DNA of 64,000 nt, taken from NCBI GenBank assembly GCA_963829055.1, contig CAWHHI010000005.1, forward strand, positions 64,001-128,000, read 5' to 3'. Positions 51,605 to 60,671 of the stretch are shown here, piece after piece; positions within the stretch are counted from its first letter, which is position 1; each line of letters begins with the position of its first letter. The notes below the pieces were generated by a model. It saw nothing but the letters and a program-made list of their open reading frames with translations, made no database searches and had not been told where the DNA came from. Source of the DNA: an uncultured Gemmatimonadaceae bacterium. GTDB taxonomy: Bacteria; Gemmatimonadota; Gemmatimonadetes; Gemmatimonadales; Gemmatimonadaceae. A program made the position numbers and the translations under genes.

Positions 51605-53128
51605 ATGAGTGTAGCGCATCGCGTTAGGTACATCATCGTCGGACTGTCGGGCTTCCTGGCGCTTGGTCAAAGCAGCGCGCAGCTCACCGATAGCGCGCGT
51701 CCAGAGACGCAGCTATCCGCCGCGGATCTCCATCAGGATTTTCTGATTCTCGAGCGGATCTACAAGGAGCTGCATCCCGGCCTGTACCGTTACAACACGC
51801 CGCCACAGATGGCGGCGCACTTCGCCGAGCTCGATCGACGACTGAGTCGCGATCAGACGCTCGCGAGCGCGTATCTCGCGGTGTCGCAGTTCCTCGCGCT
51901 CATCAAGTGCGGACACACGCACGCGAACTTCTTCAATCAGTCCGATGCAGTCGTGGCCGAGCTGTTCGAGCGCGGCGGTCGGGTGCCGTTCTACTTCCGT
52001 TGGATCGATCGGCGGATGATCGTCACGAAGAACTTCTCCGGTGACGCGCGCCTAACGCCGGGAACCGAGGTGCTCACGATCGACGGGACGCCCGCCGCGA
52101 CGGTCCTCGACTCGCTGCTCACGATCTCACGGGCCGACGGCTCGAACGACTACAAGCGCCTGAGCAACCTCGAGGTACAGGGCTTCGACAAGTGGGAGAT
52201 GTTCGACATCTACCGTTCGCTGTTCTTCCCCGGCCGGGAAGACTCCGTGCGCTTCCGCGTGCGCTCACTCGCTGGAAAGGAAGCGACGTTCGCCGCGAAG
52301 GCACTGACGCAACGGGAACGTGAGTCGCTCGCGCCAAAGAGCGCGACGGAGACGAAGACGGACGCGGCACTCTTCGAGTCACGGTACCTCGACGCACGGT
52401 CGGCGTATCTCAGGATGCCCACGTGGGCCACGTATGATTCGAAGTGGGACTGGCGCGGGTATCTCAATGGCTTTCTCGATACCCTCGTCATGCGCGGTGC
52501 CGACCGACTGGTCATCGACCTGCGCGGCAACGAGGGCGGCGAGGACGTCGGCGACGTCATCCTGCAACGGCTCATCGATCGCGACCTTCCGCTCGCGCAG
52601 TACCGTCGCTTCGTGCGATACCGATCCGTTCCCGCCGACCTCAATCCCTATCTCGACACGTGGGACAAGTCGTTCCGCGACTGGGGCTCGGCTGCGCAAG
52701 AGCCGAAGAATGCGGACGGCTTCTACCGCCTAACGAAGTGGGACGACGACAGCACGGGCGCCGTCGTGCACCCGTCGGGCAAACGATTCCGCGGGCGCGT
52801 CTTCGTACTGGTGGACGGCTCCAACAGCTCGGCGACGTTCCAGTTCGCGAGCGCGGTGCAGCAGGCGGGCCTGGGCCAGCTCGTCGGCGAGCCGACGGGC
52901 GGGAATCGACGCGGGATCAACGGATCCGCGTTCTTCTTCGTGCGGTTGCCGCGCTCGCACATCGAGGTGGACCTGCCGCTGGTCGCCGAGTTCCCGACGT
53001 CCCCGCAGCCGGACGCGGGTCTCGTTCCGGATGTCCGGGTCCGCTATACCGCGGCAGACATCGCGAACGGAGTAGACCGGACGCTTCAGGCCGCGCTCAG
53101 CGTCACCACTAAGCGACCAGCGAACTGA
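51605..53128 (+). CDS. S41 family peptidase
   Basis: HPGLYRY, IKCGHT, LVIDLRGNEGG, NSSAT, LVGEPTGG, GLVPDV. Confidence 0.88.
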   Translation: MSVAHRVRYIIVGLSGFLALGQSSAQLTDSARPETQLSAADLHQDFLILERIYKELHPGLYRYNTPPQMAAHFAELDRRLSRDQTLASAYLAVSQFLALIKCGHTHANFFNQSDAVVAELFERGGRVPFYFRWIDRRMIVTKNFSGDARLTPGTEVLTIDGTPAATVLDSLLTISRADGSNDYKRLSNLEVQGFDKWEMFDIYRSLFFPGREDSVRFRVRSLAGKEATFAAKALTQRERESLAPKSATETKTDAALFESRYLDARSAYLRMPTWATYDSKWDWRGYLNGFLDTLVMRGADRLVIDLRGNEGGEDVGDVILQRLIDRDLPLAQYRRFVRYRSVPADLNPYLDTWDKSFRDWGSAAQEPKNADGFYRLTKWDDDSTGAVVHPSGKRFRGRVFVLVDGSNSSATFQFASAVQQAGLGQLVGEPTGGNRRGINGSAFFFVRLPRSHIEVDLPLVAEFPTSPQPDAGLVPDVRVRYTAADIANGVDRTLQAALSVTTKRPAN

Positions 53129-53162
53129 TTCTAAGCTCCGCGAATACGGTTGGGTCTCTAGA

Positions 53163-53653
53163 TCCAACAGCGACGCAGAAGTACGCAGGCGGGCGCTTCG
53201 CGGCCGCAACGCAGAAGGACGCAGAAAACTGCAACGGCCACGGCAACCGCTATTCAGCGCGGAGGACTGCTCCGGCAACCATCCACACGGACCGCTTCGA
53301 CACGGCCATCCAGAACCCGGAGTGGGAACTGATTGGACGGAAACAACGGGAACGGCCGGATCCCATCGCGACCGTGGAACGGGGCCGTTGAACGAGGGGA
53401 ACGACCTCGCGGCGCATTGGCCGCACGAGGTCGTTCCCCTTTCCGTCACGGCTCGTTGCGGCACCGACTCCTCCGGCATCGGGCCGATCCGGCCGATCCG
53501 ATGTTTCCGGCCGCTTCCGTTCACACCCTCCGTTCTGGATGCATGGCGATAGCAGTTCTCGGCGTCCTCTGCGTCCGCTCGCGGTGATAGCAGTTGCAGT
53601 CCTTCTGCGTTGCGCGCTCCCAGCGCGCCTGCGGATTCTGCGTCGCTGTTGGA
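53163..53653. repeat. About 490-bp imperfect palindrome (MITE-like or structured RNA)
   Basis: Perfect 18-bp termini tccaacagcgacgcagaa / ttctgcgtcgctgttgga, several nested paired blocks, central ggggaacgacctcg / cgaggtcgttcccc. Confidence 0.85.
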
Positions 53654-53656
53654 CAT

Positions 53657-53740
53657 GCGCGCACTACTGTGAGCAGTTCGCGCGAGACCGGCTACGATGA
53701 CCTCACAGAAGGTCCCTCGCTGGCGGCGCGGGATGACAAG
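53657..53740 (-). repeat. Right arm of the 84-bp inverted repeat pairing with 49385-49468
   Basis: gcgcgcactactgtgagcag.tcgcgcgagaccggctacgatgacctcacag...gggatgacaag. Confidence 0.9.
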
Positions 53741-53818
53741 CTCGGTCTAATGGCCTCGATGTGACGCTTGGCCGATCACGAGGGTAAGGCTTCTACAGCG
53801 TCACATCGAGGTAATGAG

Positions 53819-55389
53819 ATGGCGATCCGTATGCTCGCGGCCCAAGGCCACGCGCAGTCGTGGCGTCTCGCGAAGGCCGGCGTTTGCTGGGCGTTCTCCT
53901 CCGCGGCGCTCGTCGCGCCGAGCGCGGGAGGCGCGCAGCTGATCAACGTGAAGAGCGCGCCGATAGCCGACGGCGGGCAGTTCGCGTTCCTCCCCTCCGC
54001 GAACCTCGGCATGGGCGGCCTGTCCATCGCCCTCGCCGACTCGGCGCTCGACCCGTTCGTGAATCCGGCCAAGGGCGCGCGGCTGCGCCGGACGCGCGTG
54101 TTCGGCGCGCCGACCTTCTTCTCCGTCTCGCGCGACGCCGGCGGCGGTTTCACGCTCCCGCTCGGGACGAGCGTGTCGAAGGGCGCGTGGTTCACGCAGA
54201 TCGCCGTCGCGATGCAGGACCTCGACCGCCTCGGGAACGACGACCAGATCTTCGCGCCGAGTCCACTCAGCTCGGTTGCCGTCGACGTGAGCACCGCGGC
54301 CGATGACGGGCACAGCTCGCGACAGAACCGCTACGCGCACGCGCTGCTCGGGCGTCGCTTCGCGAACGAGACGTCGCGTCGCGCTCAGTGCGTCGTGGTG
54401 GACGCTCAACGCGATCGATGGCGTGGAGCTCTACTATCAGGGAAGCCAGCGTGTTCGCCAGCACGGTGACGCGCTGGACCTGCGCCTCGGCATCCTCCGG
54501 GAGTTGAGTCACGGGCAGTCGCTCGAGGCGGTCGTGGTTCGCAACCGCTTCGCGATGAACCAGGACGTCGCGTTCAACGACGTGTTCTGGGATCCGACGC
54601 AGCGGCAGTTCGTGCCCATCGCGCGCGTGGAGCCTAACGCGGATCGCAGCGACACCTGGGGACTGCATCTCGGCGTACACGCGCCCACTGGCCGACTCGA
54701 CGTGGCGCATCGGCGCGATCGTCACCGGCAACCGCATCCAGCAGCCCAGTCTACCCAACTACGATCTGCCCGAAGTGCCTGCGGACGCCGGACACGCGCA
54801 GGCGTACAACCTCGGCGGCGGGATCTCGCGGTCGACGGGTCTGTGGACCATGGGCGTCGACGCCATCTACGAGCCTATCTGGAGCCGGACGTGGGTCCGC
54901 ACCGATGTTCCTACGGAGACACGCGGTGGGCTGCCGCTCGACGCTGGCACGAAGACACTCGAAAACCGTTTCCGATACGACAATGGCATCGCGCGCGCTG
55001 GGCTCGCCGCCGCGGTCCCTCTGTCGAAGGACCAGTCGCTGACGTTCGAGGCCGGTGGCCAGCTGCGGGCGATCCGGTATCACCTCGACCAGTCGGATGC
55101 CATCCGGCAGTCGCGCAGCGCCAGCACGCAGAGCTGGAACGAGTGGACGCGCAGCTGGGGCGTGGGTATTCGCTTGGGCGGCGGCGACCTGCACTACCGC
55201 GGCTACCTGACGACCGGTGCGGGACGCCCAGGCTTCGATGACAACGGCGGTGTCGTCCTCGCCGCCGCGAGCACCAGCCCTCCGGGGCCAGGAACGGGTT
55301 TCGGCGGCGGATCCTCTGCGTTCGGTCTCACATTCGATGACGTCCGCGCCACGACGCATCAACTCTCCTTTTCGTTCCCCCTCCGATGA
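53819..55389 (+). CDS. Putative outer-membrane beta-barrel protein (frameshifts near 54375 and 54680)
   Basis: LGMGGLSIALAD..DPFVNPAKG, amphipathic beta strands, C-terminal HQLSFSFPLR; stop overlaps the next ATG. Confidence 0.6.
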
Positions 55390-56789
55390 CTCGCCATTCG
55401 GAAAGACAGCTGACGCAGCGAACGCGCCTAACGTGGATCGTCGCCTTCGCCCTGCCGGCGGTATTGGCGGGCTGCAAGGAGGAGTATTCCATCTCGGACC
55501 CGCCGGCCGAGCTGACGCTCGACACGCAGCTGCGCCAGACCATCGGTGGCTGGGGCGCGGTTCCCGTGCTGCCGGTCGCGGCACAGAACGCGGCGCTCGT
55601 GGATCTCGGTCGATCGCTGTTCTTCGACAAGATCCTCTCGGGGAATCGCGATGTCTCGTGCGCGACGTGTCACGACCCCGCGGCGCACGCGACGGACGCG
55701 CTGTCGCTGCCCATCGGTACCGGCGGCGTCGACGCGGGCGCGGCGCGGACGCTCGGCGCCGACCGACAGTTCGTCCCGCGGAATGCGCCCTCGCTGCTCA
55801 ATCAGGGGCTCGGGTTCTTCTATCTGTTCTGGGACGGGGGCGTCAACGAGGAAGGCGGGATCGGTCGCTTCAAGACGCCAACCGGTGTCGTGATGCCGGC
55901 GGGCGTCAACAATCTCCTCGCCGCGCAGGCGATGCTGCCGGTGCTCAACCGGACAGAGATGCGCGGCGCGATCGGCGACCGCGACCGCGCGGGGAACCCT
56001 AACGAGCTCGCGGAGATCGCCGACGTGTCGGCGGAGGAGATCTGGGCGGCGACGATGCGACGCGTGCTCGCCATCCAGCAGTATCAGGCGAAGTTCGCGG
56101 CCGCATACCCCAGCACGCCGGTGACGGCGCTCGGCTTCCAGCACGCCGCGAATGCGATCGCCGCGTTCGAGGTCGAGGCGTTCACGCGCAGCAACTCGGC
56201 GTTCGACCGGTTCATGGCCGGCACCAACCGGGCGATGACGAGCGAGGAGAAGCGCGGTGCGCTCCTGTTCTTCGGCAAGGCCCGCTGCTCTTCGTGCCAC
56301 TCCGGCCCGCTGCTCGGCGGCCAGAGCTTCGCGAACGTTGGAGTCCCACAGATCGGTCCCGGCGTCGGCTCGGCGGCACCGCTCGACATCGGACGCGGCG
56401 AGCGAGAGCCGCAGTTCTCGCAGTACAAGTTCGCGTTCCGCGTGCAGCCGCTACGCAACGTGGAGCTGACCGCGCCCTACATGCACGACGGCGCGTATCC
56501 CACGCTCGAGGCAGTCGTGCGCCACTACAACAACGCCGACTCAGCGCAGCGCAACTACAACCCGGCGCAGATCGCGCCGGCTTTGCGCGCGAGCTATCAC
56601 GGCGACGCCGCGACAGTCAAAGCGGTGCTCGAGACGCTCGACTTCCGGCTGCGGGAGCCGCTTCGTCTCACGACGACCGAGCAGAGTGAGCTGGTGGCGT
56701 TCCTCAAATCGCTCACCGATCCATCGGCGCGGGATCTGAGCGCGATTGTCCCGCCAAGTGTACCCAGTGGGTTGGTAGTTCGAGAGTAG
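55386..56789 (+). CDS. Di-haem cytochrome c peroxidase / MauG family lipoprotein
   Basis: LAGC lipobox; LGRSLFFDKILS, CATCH, RNAPSL, FWDG, CSSCH, PLRNVELTAPYMHDG. Confidence 0.92.
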   Translation: MTRHSERQLTQRTRLTWIVAFALPAVLAGCKEEYSISDPPAELTLDTQLRQTIGGWGAVPVLPVAAQNAALVDLGRSLFFDKILSGNRDVSCATCHDPAAHATDALSLPIGTGGVDAGAARTLGADRQFVPRNAPSLLNQGLGFFYLFWDGGVNEEGGIGRFKTPTGVVMPAGVNNLLAAQAMLPVLNRTEMRGAIGDRDRAGNPNELAEIADVSAEEIWAATMRRVLAIQQYQAKFAAAYPSTPVTALGFQHAANAIAAFEVEAFTRSNSAFDRFMAGTNRAMTSEEKRGALLFFGKARCSSCHSGPLLGGQSFANVGVPQIGPGVGSAAPLDIGRGEREPQFSQYKFAFRVQPLRNVELTAPYMHDGAYPTLEAVVRHYNNADSAQRNYNPAQIAPALRASYHGDAATVKAVLETLDFRLREPLRLTTTEQSELVAFLKSLTDPSARDLSAIVPPSVPSGLVVRE

Positions 56790-56889
56790 CCGGACGGAAA
56801 CCGGGGTAAACCAGTGAGGATCCGGAGTTCGGATAGCGCCTAACGAGTGAGTCGGGTCGGCTGCTATCGCCGTTCCAACGGCTCGCGGA

Positions 56890-57215
56890 TGGACGCAGAC
56901 GACTGCAACGGCGACTGCCATTCACCGCGGAGGACGCTGGGGACGCGGGGACTGCTTCAGCACGCATCCAGACGAAGGAGCGAACGGAATCGGCCGGAAA
57001 CACTGGATCGGGCGGATCGAGTCCGTTGTCATCCGCGAGGTGGTGCCGCAACGAGCGGATGGACAGGGGACATTGCCTGGTGAGCAACGCGTCCCGAGGC
57101 CGATTCCCTCAGTCAGATCCAGGCATCCGTTGCCGCGATCTGTCTGAGATCGCGATGCGGATCAGGCCATTTCAGTCGTTTCCGATCGTTTCCGTTCGCA
57201 CCTTGAGTTCGGACG
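56890..57215. repeat. Second, more degenerate member of the 53163-53653 family
   Basis: actgcaac..tcaccgcg..ggacgc..catccaga..gaacggaatcggccggaaacactggatcgggcggatc matches the reverse complement of about 53480-53600; partial return arm near 57160-57215. Confidence 0.65.
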
Positions 57216-57388
57216 TCGCGATGTCGTGTCGAAGCAGGTCCGTCTGGCCGTGGCGGGATGATGGATCGGGCTGCGATCCCAGCTGTCCGGATCCCGGCTC
57301 TCGCAGGGCGGTGACCGGCAGTTTTTACCGCCCGTGTTTGCGACCACGGGGCGTGACAGGAATGCGCCACGCCCATAAGTTGTTGCCT

Positions 57389-57779
57389 ATGAGGCGCTCG
57401 ACTGTGGACTCGTGTCATAGCCCTGTTCGTAGGGATCTGGTTCGTCGCTGCCGCGGCGGGACCGGAGCTGACACACGCCTGCCCCATGCATGGTGGACAT
57501 TCGTCGGCTGCATCTGCGGCCGAGCATGCCGACCACGGCGCTGTCGCCGAGCATCACCCGGCGTCGAGCTCGGAATCTCCGTCGCATCATGGGACGCAGT
57601 GCACCTGCCTCGGGCAGTGCTGCTCCACCGGCCCCGTCGCGGTCCTTTCCGCGCGCACAGCCCTCGGCGACACGGACACTGTTGCGACTCGTGACGCCGG
57701 GCTGCCGGACTACGCGTACGTTCCGGTCGCCGCCCAGCACGTCCTCCCACTCGCGAACGCTCCGCCGCTGAGCGCCTAA
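57389..57779 (+). CDS. DUF2946-like His/Cys-rich small protein (frameshift just after the ATG)
   Basis: RLWTRVIALFVGIWFVAAAAGPELTHACPMHGGH...HH...HHGTQCTCLGQCC...HVLPLANAPPLSA*. Confidence 0.65.
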
Positions 57780-58156
57780 CGGGCCAGCGCGCCGCCCTGG
57801 CGCCGCCCGTTCTCGACATCCGCCGCCGATTGCGCCGTCGCGACCATCTCGCGACGCGTGAGCGGGTCGATCGATGCGTCGCCGTCGCGATAGGTGCATG
57901 ACATGTCGCTCGCGCGCTCGCCAGGGATCGTTCGCGCGCCCGCGCGTGGGCGCGGAGGAACCAGACAATGCTCGCTTTCGTTGGCGGACTCCTCATCGGA
58001 GTCCTGCGGTTCTACGCGTGGACCGTCGGCCTCGGCCTGGTCGCGCTATTCCTGATCATGCTCGTCGAGGGTGCAGTCGACCTCGTTCGTGACCGCCGCT
58101 CATGGCGCGGGCCGCGACCGTCGCTCCCCGACACCAAGCCTAACGTGGGTCTCTCC

Positions 58157-60446
58157 ATGAAGAACTTGTTCGTCATCGCCTGTTGCTCGATCGTCGGCGT
58201 CCCGCTCGTCGCGCAAGGAACGCCGCCCGCGAAACGCGATACCGTGGCCAAGCTCGAGGGCGTGAAGGTCACGGCTGATCCATCCGCGCGCACCGCGCAG
58301 GTGACAGCGATCCAGGCGGCCACGTTGCCGGCCATCGTCAGCATCACCGCCGCAAAGGCCCACGAGACGGTCAACCTCATCGACACCGAAGACGCCGTGA
58401 AGTATCTGCCGAGCGTGTTCCTCCGAAAGCGGAACAACGGAGACACGCAGGCCACGATGGCTACGCGCACGTGGGGCGTGAGCTCGAGCGCGCGGAGTCT
58501 CATCTTCGCGGACGGCGTGCCGCTCACGGCACTCATCGCGAACAACAACACCATTGGCGGGCCGCGATGGGGCCTGGTGGCACCGTCGGAGATCGCGCGC
58601 ATCGATATGATGTACGGCCCCTTCTCGGCCGCGTACGCCGGCAACTCCATGGGCGCGGTCATGGAGATCACCACGCGTCTGCCCGAGAAGCTGGAGGGAT
58701 CCATCGCCCAGACGCATGCGGTGCAGACGTTCGACCTCTATGGAACCAAGAGCACGTACGGCACGGCGCAGACGACGGGCGACGTGGGTACGCGCTTCGG
58801 GAAGCTCACGCTCCGCGCGAGCGGCAATTATCAGAACAGCAACAGCCAGCCGCTGAGCTACGCGACGAGCGCGTCATTTCCCATCGGTACCTCGGGCGGG
58901 TACCCCGAGCTGAACAAGGTCAGCGCGCCGGCGAATGTCCTCGGCGCGACCGGGGAGCTGCACACGGGCATGACGAACGGAAAGATCAAGGCCGCGTACG
59001 ACCTCACCCCGACCATCCGCGCGGCGTACACGTTCGGCTTCTGGAAGAACGACGCCAACTCGGGAGTCGATGCGTTCATCAGCCGAGCCGGTGAACCGAC
59101 GTTCGCCGGACAGGCTGGGTTCGCGAGCGGCTTCTACAATCTCGATCCAGCAGCACACGTCGCACAGTCTGACGCTTCGGAGTGATACGCGGCGCAACTG
59201 GGACTTCGAGCTCGTCGGCACGATGTACGACTTCGGGAAGGACGAGCAGCGCACGCCGACCACGGCGTCGCAGATCGGTTCGACGTTCGGTTCCCCGGGC
59301 CGCGTCGCGGTGCTCGACGGTACCGGGTGGTCGACGCTGGACGCGAAGGGCATCTGGCGCCCTAACGGGACGACGTCGGCGCACATCCTGAGCTTCGGCG
59401 CGCATCACGATCGCTACGTTCTCCAGAACACGACGTTCAACACGCCGGAATGGACGAACGGTGACTACACGACGGTGGCGACCCAGGGTGATGGCAAGAC
59501 CCGGACGCAGGCGGTGTGGGCGCAGGATGCGTGGCGCCTAACGCCGACGCTTCGCTTCACCTTCGGCGGGCGGTACGAGACGTGGGACGGGTACGACGGC
59601 TACAACGCCAGCGGCACGACGACGATCACGCAGCCGACCGTGTCCGCGTCAAAGTTCTCGCCGAAGGGCGTGCTGACGTGGTACCCGAAGCTCGACTGGA
59701 CGGTCACGGGATCGGTCGGCAAGGCGTACCGCTTCGCGACCGCGGCCGAGCTCTATCAGCTCGTGTCCACCGGCACGACCTTCACGTCCCCGAATCCGAA
59801 CCTCAAGCCCGACGACGTGCTGGCGTCGGAGCTGCGAGTGGAGCGCAGGAAAGATCGCACGCTCGTACAGGTCGCGCTGTTCCAGGACGACGTGCACGAC
59901 GCGATCATCGCGCAGTTCCTGCCGCTCGTGCCGGGGTCGTCGCAGCTGTTCTCGTATGTGTCGAACGTCGACCATGTGCGGTCGCGGGGCGTGGAGCTCG
60001 TGCTCGGCACGAACGACCTGTTCGTTCGCGGCCTCGAGTTCCAGGCCAGCGGCACGTACACGGGCGCGAAGACGCTCGCCCTGTCGGGCCGCGCGAGCGC
60101 GACCGCGCCGGAGGGCGCGGCGATTGGCAAGCAGCTCCCGAACATCCCGAAGCGGCGGGCGACGTTCTCGGCGACGTACCGCGCGGGCGCCGAGCGGCGG
60201 CTGGCCCTCACGGTCGCGGGGCGCTACAGCGACATGATGTTCACGACGCTCGACAATGCGGACACGAACCCGAACACGTATCAGGGGTTCGGCGCGTGGT
60301 TCACGGCCGACGCCCGGGCGAGCTACCGCTTCGACCGTCACTGGTCGGCGTCGCTCGGTTCGGACAACGTGCTGAATCGGAAGTACTTCCTGTTCCACCC
60401 ATTTCCGCAGCGGACGTTCGTGGGTGGATTGAAGTACGCTCTATAG
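58157..60446 (+). CDS. TonB-dependent receptor (frameshift near 59145)
   Basis: Signal MKNLFVIACC; plug EDAVKYLPS, DGVPL, EIARIDMMYGPFSAAYAGNSMGAV; NPNLKP; C-terminal NVLNRKYFLFHPFPQRTFVGGLKYAL. Confidence 0.9.
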
Positions 60447-60457
60447 GACGGAGGCCG

Positions 60458-60662
60458 AAGGAAGGAGGCCTAGGAAGGAGGAGGACGGCGGCGGGCGGAT
60501 GGCGGACGGCGGAGGCAGACGGTCATCCCGAGCGGCAGCGTTGTCATCCCGAGCGGCAGCGAGGGATCTTCTCTGAAGTAATTGTGGCCGATCCGGCCAC
60601 GAGTGCGTCACAGAAGATCCCTCGCTGACGCTCGGGATGACAACGGCTCGCTCGGGATGACA
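60458..60662. repeat. REP-like doublet with both ends duplicated (60522-60662), preceded by AGGAAGG and GGCGGAC 7-mer runs, between convergent genes
   Basis: gtcatcccgagcggcagcg x2 ... agaagatccctcgctgacgctcgggatgaca + gctcgggatgaca. Confidence 0.88.
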
Positions 60663-60671
60663 CCACGCGCG

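Noticed and set aside
51140..53128. 662-aa ORF joining the upstream secreted protein to the S41 peptidase
   Set aside because: It passes through a frameshifted region and a GGGAATC repeat; the upstream gene has its own stop (51579) and S41 has its own ATG and signal peptide (51605).
34966..60662. Repeats as a CRISPR array
   Set aside because: No regularly spaced direct repeats with unique spacers and no cas genes; the repeats are dispersed inverted doublets or short tandem units.
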